From: an uncultured Alphaproteobacteria bacterium
GTDB taxonomy: Bacteria; Pseudomonadota; Alphaproteobacteria; Rhizobiales; Beijerinckiaceae
NCBI GenBank assembly: GCA_963798015.1
Contig: CAWCSA010000025.1
Coordinates: forward strand, 43,971 to 107,970
Direction of reading: 5' to 3'
DNA length: 64,000 bases
Shown here: positions 55,376 through 64,000 of the stretch, one piece after another
How positions within the stretch are numbered: position 1 is the stretch's first letter
Layout: the number at the start of each line of letters is the position of its first letter
Made by a program: the position numbers and the translations under genes
The notes under the pieces: generated by a model
Seen by the model: the letters and a program-made list of their open reading frames with translations, nothing else
The model's database searches: none
Told to the model about the DNA's origin: nothing

Positions 55376-56895
55376 GCGCGAACCCCGACGCCGCAATCTC
55401 AATGATCGGAATCGGCAAGCGGTTCCCGGGAGTGCACGCGCTGAAGAACGTCTCGATCGAGATCAAGCCAGGAGAGGTCGTTGGTCTCATCGGCGAGAAT
55501 GGTGCCGGCAAATCGACCCTCATGAAGATCTTGAGTGGCGTCTATCAGCCGGACGAGGGGCAAATCTTCGTCGCTGGTAGGGAGACACGCATTGAAAGCG
55601 CCGCGGACGCCAACCGCAAAGGGATCGGGATGGTGTTCCAAGAGCAATCCCTGCTCCCCAACTTGACGATCGGCGAAAACATCTATCTTGGGAATGAACG
55701 GCAGTTCACGAAATTCGGCGTCGTCAATTGGCGCGCTCTTTATGATGCTGCGGCACGGCAGCTGGTAAAGGTCAAGGTCGACATCGATCCACGCACGCGC
55801 GCAGATGAGCTGAGCTTCGCCGCCCGCCAAATGGTGGAGCTCGCCAAAGCTCTGACCCTCGAGGAGCACGCCGCGGGCCATCTTGTCATCCTGCTCGATG
55901 AACCGACCTCCGTTCTGGAGCGAGCGGATATCGACGTTTTGTTCGACCGTGTGCGCGCCTTGAAGTCGCGCTCCTCCTTCGTCTTCGTTTCGCACAGGCT
56001 TGACGAAGTGCTGCAACTCTCCGACCGCGTCTATGTGATGAAGGACGGCGAGGTGGTCGCGGAACTCAGAGGCGCCTACGCAAATGTCGCGATGCTGCAT
56101 CAGCTCATGGTCGGAAGAACCCAGCAAGCCGACTATTACTATGAACCTCTACAGAAGCCGGTTCGGGATGAAATTGTGCTGGAGGCTGATCAACTCGCGT
56201 TCGGCGCCGCCTATAGGAACGTCAGCTTCAAGCTCCGCGCAGGAGAGGTCCTTGGAATCACCGGGGTCATCGGCTCGGGACGCGAGGAGTTGATGCGCAC
56301 GCTCGCCGGCTTTGCCCCCCATACGGCTGGAAATCTCAAAGTCGTTGGCCGTGAGGTACGGTTCGAGACACCAGCCGACGCGGTCGAGCTCGGCATCGGC
56401 TACATCCCGCGCGAACGGCGGGTCGAGGGGCTCGTGCTGTTCCTGTCCGTTTCGGCCAATATCACTCTGGCCGATCTCGCGAGCCTCATGCGCTTTGGTT
56501 TGATCGATGCCCGGAAGGAGCGAAGTCTTGCGACGGACTGGACCGCCCGGCTCAAAATTCGCACGCCGAACATCCAAACCCTGTGCCTTGGCCTTTCTGG
56601 CGGCAACCAGCAGAAGGTCGTTCTCGCGAAGTGGCTGAACGCGAAAGCGAGAATTCTCATCCTCGATCACCCAACTCGAGGCCTGGATGTGGGCGCAAAG
56701 GAGGAGGTTTACGAGCTTATTCGCGGCCTGACCGGTAAAGGTCTAGCAATCGTTCTGACTTCGGACACTTTGGAGGAGACCATTGGGCTCAGCCACAGTG
56801 TTGTCGTCATGCGCGATGGCGAAATTACGCACCGCGCCGACGCCGCCCGCGGCGCCAAGCCGCAGCAGGTCGACCTGATCGGTTATATGGTCTAG
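55372..56895 (+). CDS. Sugar ABC transporter ATP-binding protein (duplicated ATPase)
   Basis: From ATG 55372 (ATGA overlap with the permease stop). GENGAGKST, LSGGNQQK. Confidence 0.9.
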   Translation: MSANPDAAISMIGIGKRFPGVHALKNVSIEIKPGEVVGLIGENGAGKSTLMKILSGVYQPDEGQIFVAGRETRIESAADANRKGIGMVFQEQSLLPNLTIGENIYLGNERQFTKFGVVNWRALYDAAARQLVKVKVDIDPRTRADELSFAARQMVELAKALTLEEHAAGHLVILLDEPTSVLERADIDVLFDRVRALKSRSSFVFVSHRLDEVLQLSDRVYVMKDGEVVAELRGAYANVAMLHQLMVGRTQQADYYYEPLQKPVRDEIVLEADQLAFGAAYRNVSFKLRAGEVLGITGVIGSGREELMRTLAGFAPHTAGNLKVVGREVRFETPADAVELGIGYIPRERRVEGLVLFLSVSANITLADLASLMRFGLIDARKERSLATDWTARLKIRTPNIQTLCLGLSGGNQQKVVLAKWLNAKARILILDHPTRGLDVGAKEEVYELIRGLTGKGLAIVLTSDTLEETIGLSHSVVVMRDGEITHRADAARGAKPQQVDLIGYMV

Positions 56896-56897
56896 CG

Positions 56898-57851
56898 ATG
56901 GCTGCGAAGACTCCGCGTCCGGATGATCTCAGAAAGTGGCTGCCGCTCGCGACGCTTACGGCCCTCATTCTGATGGTCGGGATCGCCCAACCGAGCTTTC
57001 TTGAGCCGAGCACTTTGATTGAGCTCGCGAGCGATACCGCCGTCCTGTTCATCCTCGCGACCGGCGTGACATTCGTGATCATGCTTGGAGGGATTGACCT
57101 CTCCATTCAGTCCATGGCCTCGCTTGCGAGCGTTATCGTGGCTCTCACTGTCGCGCGACTGGGCTACGGGTCGTTTCTGCTCGCGATCGTCATCGGCGCG
57201 ATCGCCGGACTGCTTTCCGGGCTCGTGCATGTGCGCTTGAAAATCCCCTCGTTCATCGCGACGCTAGCGATGGGCGGCGTCCTCTTCAGCGTAGCGCTGG
57301 TGATCTCAAAGGAACGATCGATTACCCTGGACGAAGCGGGGCGGGCATATCAGACATGGATCACCGGCCAGGAATTCGGCTTGCCGAACGTCATTTTTGT
57401 TGGGCTTGCCGTGTTGGTGGCAGCGCATGTGGCGCAGGCGCATACGCGGTTCGGCCGTTACAGTGCGGCGATCGGAGCGGGAGAGCCCGCGGCTTACGCC
57501 TCCGGCGTCAAGGTCGGTCGGCAGAAGATCTTCGCCTTCGTTCTCTCGGCGGCTTTCGCGGCGCTGGCGGGGGTCGTCCTTGCGGGCCGCCTTGCAAGCG
57601 GCTCGCCCACTTTGGCTGCAGAGCTCCTGCTGCCTTCGATAGCGGCCGTCGTCGTCGGAGGAACGGCGATAACCGGGGGTGTCGGCAGCGTCTGGCGCAC
57701 TCTCGTCGGTGCCTTGATCATCTCCGTTGTGCGCATCGGGATGACATTCCTCGGCGTGAACATCTTCGCTCAGAATATCGTTTTTGGCGCCGTTCTGATC
57801 GGTGCAGTCGCCGTTACGATCGATCGGACGAAAATCCCGATCGTGAAGTGA
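56898..57851 (+). CDS. Sugar ABC transporter permease (second)
   Basis: 317 aa, polytopic. GGIDLSIQS motif. Confidence 0.9.
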   Translation: MAAKTPRPDDLRKWLPLATLTALILMVGIAQPSFLEPSTLIELASDTAVLFILATGVTFVIMLGGIDLSIQSMASLASVIVALTVARLGYGSFLLAIVIGAIAGLLSGLVHVRLKIPSFIATLAMGGVLFSVALVISKERSITLDEAGRAYQTWITGQEFGLPNVIFVGLAVLVAAHVAQAHTRFGRYSAAIGAGEPAAYASGVKVGRQKIFAFVLSAAFAALAGVVLAGRLASGSPTLAAELLLPSIAAVVVGGTAITGGVGSVWRTLVGALIISVVRIGMTFLGVNIFAQNIVFGAVLIGAVAVTIDRTKIPIVK

Positions 57852-57933
57852 CAATTGGCAGGATTGTCGTCCGAGACCGACCTCGATGGCAGCCGCGGTT
57901 AGGACGCAGTCAGAGATTGGTCGAGGCCGCTCT

Positions 57934-58151
57934 CTAAATGAGATCGAGAGGACCGATGCGGGACGAGGTGCGGAGCCTCAATAGGTCGTGCAAGGATAGT
58001 GCGAGTCTGCTGATTGGGGTCATGACCTGGATTCCGCCTTGGGGTCGATGCCAATTACATTGATGCAGCCAGATCGGCAGGTTCTCGGCGGATTCGGGAC
58101 TGTCAGGAATCTTGTGTGCAGGGCCGGTTGCGTCATCACGCTTGAACGAAC
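57934..58151 (-). mobile_element. C-terminal remnant of an rve-type (IS481/IS3-like) transposase, cut by the IS21 end
   Basis: ...ENLPIWLHQCNWHRPQGGIQVMTPISRLALSLHDLLRLRT matches the W..YN..RPH..L.G.TP C-terminal signature of DDE integrase-type transposases. Confidence 0.55.
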
Positions 58152-58222
58152 TGTCGATTTCCGCTGAGATTTGACCCGGGGTTTCCATTGAGAACTGACC
58201 CGGCTTGATGATGGTTTCGGGT

Positions 58223-59017
58223 TCAGGCGTTCGTCAAGTTCCGAGATTTCTCCTTTGCGGGTTTGGCGGCATTCGCCGAGCTGTTTTTGAAGCGGAAGCT
58301 GTCGTTTCCGGTTTCGAGGATGTGGCAGCGGTAGGTAAGACGATCGAGCAGCGCGGTCGTCATCTTCGGGTCGCCGAACACGGTGGCCCACTCGCCGAAG
58401 CTGAGATTGGTCGTGATGATGACGCTGGTGCGCTCGTAGAGCTTGCTCAGCAGATGGAAGAGCAATGCCCCGCCGGAGGCGCTGAACGGCAGGTAGCCGA
58501 GTTCGTCGAGGATGACGAGATCGGAATGGGTGAGCCGCGCCGCGATCTGGCCGGGTTTGCCCTGAAGCTTCTCTTGTTCGAGAGCGTTGACGAGTTCGAC
58601 CGTGGAGAAGAACCGGACGCGCTTGCGGTGATGCTCGATGGCCTGGACGCCGATCGCCGTAGCGAGATGCGTCTTACCCGTGCCGGGGCCGCCGACCAGG
58701 ACGACATTGTGAGTATCTTCCAGGAACTCGCAACGATGGAGTTGTCGTACGAGCGCCTCGTTGACCTCGCTGCTGGCGAAGTCGAACCCGGCGAGGTCGC
58801 GATACGTCGGAAAGCGCGCCGCCTTGAGCTGGTAGGCCGTTGATCTGACCTCTCTGTCGGCCGTCTCCGCTTTCAGAAGCTGCGACAGGATCGGCAAAGC
58901 GGCTTCGAAGGCCGGGGAGCCTTGCTCGGTCAACTCGCCGACCGCCTGAGCCATGCCATGCATTTTGAGGCTGCGTAGCATGATGGTGATCGCGCCAGCG
59001 GCGGGATTATGACGCAT
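58223..59017 (-). CDS. istB: IS21 helper ATPase IstB
   Basis: Walker [15 protein letters not shown] Walker B. Start ATG 59017 overlaps the end of istA. Confidence 0.9.
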   Translation of the reverse strand: MRHNPAAGAITIMLRSLKMHGMAQAVGELTEQGSPAFEAALPILSQLLKAETADREVRSTAYQLKAARFPTYRDLAGFDFASSEVNEALVRQLHRCEFLEDTHNVVLVGGPGTGKTHLATAIGVQAIEHHRKRVRFFSTVELVNALEQEKLQGKPGQIAARLTHSDLVILDELGYLPFSASGGALLFHLLSKLYERTSVIITTNLSFGEWATVFGDPKMTTALLDRLTYRCHILETGNDSFRFKNSSANAAKPAKEKSRNLTNA

Positions 59018-60539
59018 GGCGCGCCTCCCGGACTTTGCGCAGTGCATCGTAGCGTTCGACGTTGGCCTGCGGCTCGGTGGTGAGCGTCAAAGCATTGGGC
59101 GGCTTTACGGCTGGTGGGTCGATCGGCTTGCCGTCGATCAATCGGTGCAGCACGTTCAGGATATGCGTCTTGGTTGGGGCGCCTGCCTCCAATGCGAGTT
59201 CGACGGCAGTGAGCACGGCCTGCTCGTCGTGCTGGAGGACGAGAGCCAGAATCTCGACCATCTCGCGGTCGCCGCCGGGCGTCTTGAGCATGCGCTGCTG
59301 CAGAGTTCGGAAGGCGGGCGGGAGTTCGGCGAACGGCGCGCCGTTGCGGAGTGCGCCTGGTTTGCGTTGAATGACCGCCAGATAGTGCCGCCAATCGAAA
59401 ACGGTCGTCGTACTCGTTCGTTCGTGAGAGCGGGCAAAGACTCGGCGGTGTTCGCAGATGATCTGCCCCTCGGCGGCGACGACAATCCGCTCGGGATAGA
59501 CCCGCACGCTGACCGGGCGATTGGCGAAGGACGCCGGCACGCTATAGCGATTGCGGTCCAGATGGATCAGGCACGTCGGCGAGACGCGCTTGGCGTATTC
59601 GACAAAACCGTCGAATAGCCTGGGAAGCGGCATCAGATGTTGGGCTTCTTCAGACCAGGCGTCAGAGATCATGCCAGGATGCGACCCGTGTGGGGTCTGC
59701 GCCCAAAGCTCCCGGCAGCGCGTCTCCAGCCAGTCGTTTAGCGCCGCCAAGGAGGGGAAGCTGGGCGCCGGCTGCCAGAGCCGATGGCGAGCATCCTGGA
59801 CGTTCTTCTCGATCTGCCCTTTCTCCCACCCGGAGGCCGGGTTGCAGAAGTCGGCTTCGAACAGAAAGTGGCTGACCATCGCCGAGAACCGCGCGTTGAC
59901 CTGGCGTTCCTTCCCACGCCCGATCTTGTCGACGGCGGTTCGCATATTGTCGTAGATGCCGCGCCGCGGCACGCCGCCCAGCACGCGGAAGGCGTGATTA
60001 TGCGAGTTGAACAGCATCTCGTGGGTCTGCTGCGGGTAGGCGCGGAGAATGAAGACGCGGCTATAGGAGAGCTTGAAGTGAGCGACCTGCAATTTGGTCC
60101 GCTCGCCGGCAATGACCGCCCAATCCTCTGACCAATCGAACTGGAATGCCTCGCCAGGCAGGAATGCCAGCGGCACGAACACGCCACGGCCAGTCGTCTT
60201 CTGCTCTCGCTGCCGGGCTGCCTTCCAGTCGCGCGCGAAAGCCGCCACGCGATTGTACGAGCCGTCGTAGCCGAGGGCGGCTAGATCAGCGTGCAATTGC
60301 TTGACGGTCCGCTTCTGCTTTCGCGACTTCCCCGCCTCCTGCCGCAGCATCTGCGACAGCTTGTCGGCGTGTGGGTCCAGCCTGCTCGGCCGATCTGGGA
60401 CGGCAAACTTCGGTTCGACGCTGTCCGAACGCAGGTACTTGCGGACCGTGTTCCTCGACAGCCCAGTGCGTCGAGATATCTCTCGGATCGAGAAATGATC
60501 TCGATAATGCCAACGTCGGATGACGCTCAATAACTCCAT
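59007..60539 (-). CDS. istA: IS21 transposase IstA
   Basis: From ATG 60539 ([36 protein letters not shown]), an HTH plus DDE catalytic domain. Confidence 0.9.
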   Translation of the reverse strand: MELLSVIRRWHYRDHFSIREISRRTGLSRNTVRKYLRSDSVEPKFAVPDRPSRLDPHADKLSQMLRQEAGKSRKQKRTVKQLHADLAALGYDGSYNRVAAFARDWKAARQREQKTTGRGVFVPLAFLPGEAFQFDWSEDWAVIAGERTKLQVAHFKLSYSRVFILRAYPQQTHEMLFNSHNHAFRVLGGVPRRGIYDNMRTAVDKIGRGKERQVNARFSAMVSHFLFEADFCNPASGWEKGQIEKNVQDARHRLWQPAPSFPSLAALNDWLETRCRELWAQTPHGSHPGMISDAWSEEAQHLMPLPRLFDGFVEYAKRVSPTCLIHLDRNRYSVPASFANRPVSVRVYPERIVVAAEGQIICEHRRVFARSHERTSTTTVFDWRHYLAVIQRKPGALRNGAPFAELPPAFRTLQQRMLKTPGGDREMVEILALVLQHDEQAVLTAVELALEAGAPTKTHILNVLHRLIDGKPIDPPAVKPPNALTLTTEPQANVERYDALRKVREARHAS

Positions 60540-60651
60540 GTCGATCACTCCGATGCCCCCCGCGTAGGTCAAGGGGGCGAGGTTCGAACATGGGTCAGTT
60601 CTCGGTGGAAAAACCCGTGCTGCCCGGGTCAGCTCTCAGTGGAAATCAACA

Positions 60652-61360
60652 TAGGCGTGTTCTTGAGAATCTCGGGGATCGATTCGGCGAGCTTCTCGAC
60701 ATAGGCGCGGCTTCCACCGACCAATGTTCTCCAGAGGGGACGGTTGATAAGCTGCAACAGGCCGTGATTCTCGCAGAAGCTAACGAACGCTCGGGCTGGA
60801 TATTCCCCGATCTCCGCTGCTGGCGTCGACCAGATGGCAGCCGCCATTGGATAGAGATGATCTGCGCGAAACGCTGCCCCGTACCCGGACGCGTCGAGAT
60901 AGGCGTCGAGCGACGTGTCGCCCAGATCGTGGGCGGCGTGCGGCGCTTCGCGGTAGAAGCGCAACAGGTCACGCAACATTTCCCAGAATCTAAAGCTCAC
61001 GATATTTCGAGGCTGCGCAAAAAGGCCCGTCAGGCCCGTGCCGGAATATTCCAAGCGTCCGTCGTCGAGCGAGACGGCGAAGGTCATAATTGAGGTTTTG
61101 GTCGCGACGACCAAATGATCGAGCAGAGCCGAAAAATTCGGATAGGTCGCTTCGTTGTAAACGATGAACCCGGTGTCGACCGCGACGCCGCCAACGTCCA
61201 CCGTGTTGCTATGCCCTCCAAGCCGCGAGTCAGCTTCGTACAGAGTGACACGATGGCGCTTCGACAGGAGCCACGCTGCCGAGAGGCCCGATATCCCGCT
61301 GCCGACGACAGCGATGTTCAGCCTCTTCGATCCGAGGGTCTCGGCGCTCTGCAAACCCAC
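60652..61360 (-). pseudogene. NAD(P)/FAD-binding amine-oxidase-like oxidoreductase, 3' part removed at the IS21 end
   Basis: N-terminus IAVVGSGISGLSAAWLL...YEA..RLGGHSNT (dinucleotide fold). The reading frame runs into the IS21 terminal repeat, and its last 7 codons come from the IS. Confidence 0.8.
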
Positions 61361-61409
61361 CTCCGCGACTGGACGGCTCGGCTCCCACTCTCGCGAGAAC
61401 CGGATAAGA

Positions 61410-61435
61410 TACGCGTGCCGCCGCTTTCTGGATCA
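61410..61435 (-). promoter_or_regulatory. Candidate ECF (RpoE-type) promoter TGATCC-N16-CGTA for the oxidoreductase operon
   Basis: The minus strand reads TGATCCAGAAAGCGGCGGCACGCGTA, about 50 nt upstream of ATG 61360. Confidence 0.5.
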
Positions 61436-61453
61436 CTCTCAATCGATACGGGA

Positions 61454-61479
61454 TGATCCAGTCAGAGTTTCGTCTCGTA
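61454..61479 (+). promoter_or_regulatory. Candidate autoregulatory ECF promoter TGATCC-N16-CGTA for rpoE-chrR
   Basis: The plus strand reads TGATCCAGTCAGAGTTTCGTCTCGTA. It shares the first 8 nt and the spacer length with the divergent copy. Confidence 0.5.
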
Positions 61480-61487
61480 GAATGGTT

Positions 61488-62138
61488 ATGGCTCTTGCAG
61501 GGATTCCATCTGGGGAGAAACTTGGGAATGCTACCCCGCGCGGTGCGCGGATTGTCACGTTGAGACCGGCGGATCGGAACGGTCGCGTTCCCTCCGAAGA
61601 GGAGTGCCGTGGATTGTTGAGAAGTATCGCCCTGGATAAGGATCGCGCCGCCTTCACCGAACTGTTCGGTCATTTTGCCCCGCGGGTGAAAGGGTTTTTG
61701 ATGCGCTATGGCCTCGGCGACCCTCTGTCGGAGGAGTTGGCCCAGGAAACGATGCTGACAGTGTGGCGCAAGGCCGACCGGTTCGACCCAGGTCGTGCTG
61801 GCGTCCCCACCTGGATTTTCACCATCGCCCGCAACAAGCGGATCGATCGTCTGCGTCGGGACCGCGGAGGCATGGCGCCGCGTCTCGACGCGAGCGACGA
61901 GATGGAGGATTGCGGATCAAGCGAGGAGTTCACCATCGCAGCGGAGACAGCCGAGCAGGTGCGGACGGCTATGGCCGCCCTTCCGGATAACCAGGCTCAG
62001 GTCGTTCGCCTCGCATTTTTTGCGGAAAAGTCGCACGCGGAGATCGCGCGCGAACTCGATATTCCCCTCGGCACCGTGAAATCACGAGTTCGTCTCGCGC
62101 TCGCTCGTCTTCGCAACTTGCTGGAGGGTCAGATATGA
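61488..62138 (+). CDS. rpoE: ECF-type RNA polymerase sigma factor (RpoE of the RpoE-ChrR pair)
   Basis: Region 2 (AFTELFGHFAPRVKGFLMRYG..., TWIFTIARNKRIDRLR) and region 4 (SHAEIARELDIPLGTVKSRVRLA). Start uncertain: 61482, 61488 or further downstream. Confidence 0.85.
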   Translation: MALAGIPSGEKLGNATPRGARIVTLRPADRNGRVPSEEECRGLLRSIALDKDRAAFTELFGHFAPRVKGFLMRYGLGDPLSEELAQETMLTVWRKADRFDPGRAGVPTWIFTIARNKRIDRLRRDRGGMAPRLDASDEMEDCGSSEEFTIAAETAEQVRTAMAALPDNQAQVVRLAFFAEKSHAEIARELDIPLGTVKSRVRLALARLRNLLEGQI

Positions 62139-62791
62139 CGCCCGAGCGTCATCCGAGCGACGAGAGCCTACTGCGCTACGCCGCAGGCTCGCTCAGCGGC
62201 GGCCCATCGCTGGTCGTCGCGGCGCATCTCGAATTTTGCTCCGCATGCCGCGTGCAAGTTGCAAGATTTGAACGAGTTGGCGGCGCATTGCTTGCGGACG
62301 TGGCGCGGGAGCCGATGCGCGGTGATGCGCTCGGGCGAGCACTGGAAAGGCTCGATGAAACGGCTTCCACTACATCTGTGGAGCCGCTTCCGAAGTCTCC
62401 CCGTCGAGCGGATCTTGGAATGCCGCTTCCAGCCTCCTTGCGCGATTGCGGAATCGGCCCATGGCGATGGCTTGGACCCGGATTCCGATGGACTTCGATC
62501 AATGTTCCGGGAAGTCCCGACGCGAAGGTCATGATTCTTCGGGGGCGGCCCGGCTTGCAACTGCCTTCCCACGGACACACCGGCGAGGAGTTTACGCTCA
62601 TTCTGAAAGGGTGGCTGTTTGACGATCGTGGCGCCTACGGTCCTGGAGACTTCGACGAGGCGGACTCAGACATCGACCATCAGCCCGTCGTCGGGCCAGA
62701 CATGGAATGCATCTGTCTTGCCGCGCTCGACGGGGATACGCGCCTCCACAGTCGACTTGGCCGATGGCTCCGTCCGTTTGTCGGGTTCTGA
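62135..62791 (+). CDS. chrR: ChrR-family anti-sigma factor (zinc-binding N-domain plus cupin C-domain)
   Basis: 4-nt overlap with rpoE. HLEFCSACR zinc motif. C-terminal cupin HGHTGEEFTLILKG. Confidence 0.85.
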   Translation: MTPERHPSDESLLRYAAGSLSGGPSLVVAAHLEFCSACRVQVARFERVGGALLADVAREPMRGDALGRALERLDETASTTSVEPLPKSPRRADLGMPLPASLRDCGIGPWRWLGPGFRWTSINVPGSPDAKVMILRGRPGLQLPSHGHTGEEFTLILKGWLFDDRGAYGPGDFDEADSDIDHQPVVGPDMECICLAALDGDTRLHSRLGRWLRPFVGF

Positions 62792-62825
62792 AACGCCGCG
62801 GCATGCCTGTTCCTGAAGGTCGGCA

Positions 62826-63650
62826 ATGGATTTCCCTCTGGAAGTGCTGATCGTCGCCATGGTTCTGTCGGCCGCCATGGGCGTCGCCTGGCTGGTCGCC
62901 GAACGGACCAGACGCTCGGGATGGATCGACGCGATCTGGACTTTCGCGACTGGGCTAGCGGGCATAATCCTCGCGCTGTCGCCTGCGTCGGGAGCCTTAC
63001 GGCCATTTCTCGTCGCCGGGCTTGCCGCCTTGTGGTCGCTTCGTCTTGGCCTTCACATTGTTTGGCGCACCGCGCGAGGAGGGGACGACCCGCGCTATCG
63101 CCAGTTGTGCGTCGAATGGGGCAATAGAGCAAGCGGGCGACTGTTTTGGTTTCTTCAGGTGCAGGCGGGCGCGGGTCTCGTCCTCGCGCTTTCGATCGCG
63201 GCGGCAGCCCATCGGCCGGAAAGCGGGCTGGACATACGCGACGCGCTGGGCGTCGCCGTCTTCGCGATCGCGGCCTTTGGCGAGAGCACGGCGGATCGGC
63301 AATTGGCCCGCTTCAGCGCGGATTTAAGGAATCAACGCAGAGTCTGTGACGCCGGTCTATGGGGCTATTCGCGCCATCCGAACTATTTTTTTGAATGGCT
63401 TGTATGGGTCGCCTTCGCGATTATCGCCATCGAACCAAGCGGCGTTTATCCATGGACTTGGCTTGGCCTCGCGGCCCCCATCCTCATGTATGTGCTGCTT
63501 GTCCATGTGTCGGGGATCCCGCCTTTGGAAGCCCATATGCTTCGGTCGCGGGGCGACGCGTTCCGCCTCTACCAGGCGCGCGTGAAGGCATTCTGGCCCA
63601 GCCCGCCGAGGGCCACGGCCGAGACCCTTGGTTCGGGGGCCGCTTCATGA
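62826..63650 (+). CDS. DUF1295 (steroid 5-alpha-reductase/ICMT-like) membrane protein
   Basis: 274 aa, polytopic. GLWGYSRHPNYFFEWLVW motif. Confidence 0.85.
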   Translation: MDFPLEVLIVAMVLSAAMGVAWLVAERTRRSGWIDAIWTFATGLAGIILALSPASGALRPFLVAGLAALWSLRLGLHIVWRTARGGDDPRYRQLCVEWGNRASGRLFWFLQVQAGAGLVLALSIAAAAHRPESGLDIRDALGVAVFAIAAFGESTADRQLARFSADLRNQRRVCDAGLWGYSRHPNYFFEWLVWVAFAIIAIEPSGVYPWTWLGLAAPILMYVLLVHVSGIPPLEAHMLRSRGDAFRLYQARVKAFWPSPPRATAETLGSGAAS

Positions 63651-64000
63651 GCCTTATCGCCGCAGCGGCGCGATTGGTGGAGCACTCGCCGCTGCCCGAC
63701 ACGCTTTCGAAGTTCGGAGCAGCGGCGCTAGTCGATCGAGCAAGCAGTTCCCTGTCCACGCGATCAGGACCAAGTGAAATCGATTTTGCACGCAAGATGG
63801 ATCGCTTTCCGATCGCCCAGCATGGGGGCGCCGCCAATCGACAACACTACGAGTTGCCAGCGGACTTTTTTGCGCTCGCGCTCGGGCCCCGAGGAAGATC
63901 CTTCCTGCTGCCTCTATCCGACCGGCGGCGAGACGCTGGTCGAAGCTGAGACCTTCGCCCTCGAAGCGATTATCGTGCACGCCGATCTCAGTGACGGACA
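63647..64000 (+). pseudogene. Cyclopropane-fatty-acyl-phospholipid-synthase-like methyltransferase, 3' end outside window, frame change near 63896-63914
   Basis: ATGA overlap with the DUF1295 stop. ...ANRQHYELPADFFALALGP, then the frame drifts (RGRSFLLPLS..stop). The +1 frame reads SCCLYPTGGETLVEAETFALEAIIVHADLSDG, as expected for this family. Confidence 0.7.

Larger units (their letters stand above)
58152..60651 (-). mobile_element. Complete IS21-family insertion sequence
   Basis: Ends TGTCGATTTCCGCTGAGATTTGACCCGGGG (58152-) and, as reverse complement of 60651, TGTTGATTTCCACTGAGAGCTGACCCGGGC. An internal second repeat GGGTCAGTTCTC..TGGAAA occurs at both ends. Carries istA and istB. Confidence 0.85.

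Overview
High-GC sequence, by gene content and synteny probably from an alphaproteobacterium of the Hyphomicrobiales/Rhizobiales type (inference only). No rRNA gene, intact tRNA gene or CRISPR array was found.

**1-14.9 kb: core genes.** An ABC importer, an AidB-like acyl-CoA dehydrogenase, an NlpC/P60 peptidase, rpmE, an MsbA-like exporter, and a gcvT-gcvH-gcvPA-gcvPB operon behind a tandem glycine riboswitch.

**14.9-22.7 kb: duplicated porin locus.** Two Rhizobiales-type porin paralogues lie in the same orientation. Each has an AT-rich upstream region and an almost identical terminator. They are separated by an orphan OmpR-type response regulator and a single-ORF IS66-family element. The second porin is frameshifted.

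**22.9-25.5 kb:** spoT/rsh plus a gamma-glutamylcyclotransferase-like gene.

**25.5-60.7 kb: mosaic carbohydrate/polyol utilisation region.**
- Fructokinase-like PfkB gene plus an HPS/PHI pair.
- A 10-gene polyol operon: ABC importer, two FGGY kinases, four dehydrogenases and a SorC regulator.
- A divergent operon led by an archaeal-type cupin phosphoglucose isomerase.
- Two further sugar ABC importers.
- The modules are separated by patches of decayed gene fragments. One patch contains a 24-nt tRNA/tmRNA 3'-end-like fragment.
- The region ends in an IS481-like remnant and a complete IS21 element.

**60.7-64 kb:** the IS21 truncates the first gene of an operon divergent from an ECF sigma (RpoE-like)/ChrR anti-sigma pair. 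A DUF1295 gene and a CFA-synthase-like gene follow.

**Gene disruptions.** At least five otherwise conserved genes carry single-site disruptions. gcvPA has a nonsense codon. Porin 2, the MBL hydrolase, the FAD oxidase and the cfa-like gene have 1-nt indels, most clearly in homopolymer runs. This points to assembly error or ongoing gene decay, and read-level data are needed to decide.

**Novel system.** I found no convincing defence, toxin or secretion system. The best candidates for something undescribed are the cupin-PGI-led operon and the porin / orphan regulator / phased-repeat locus.
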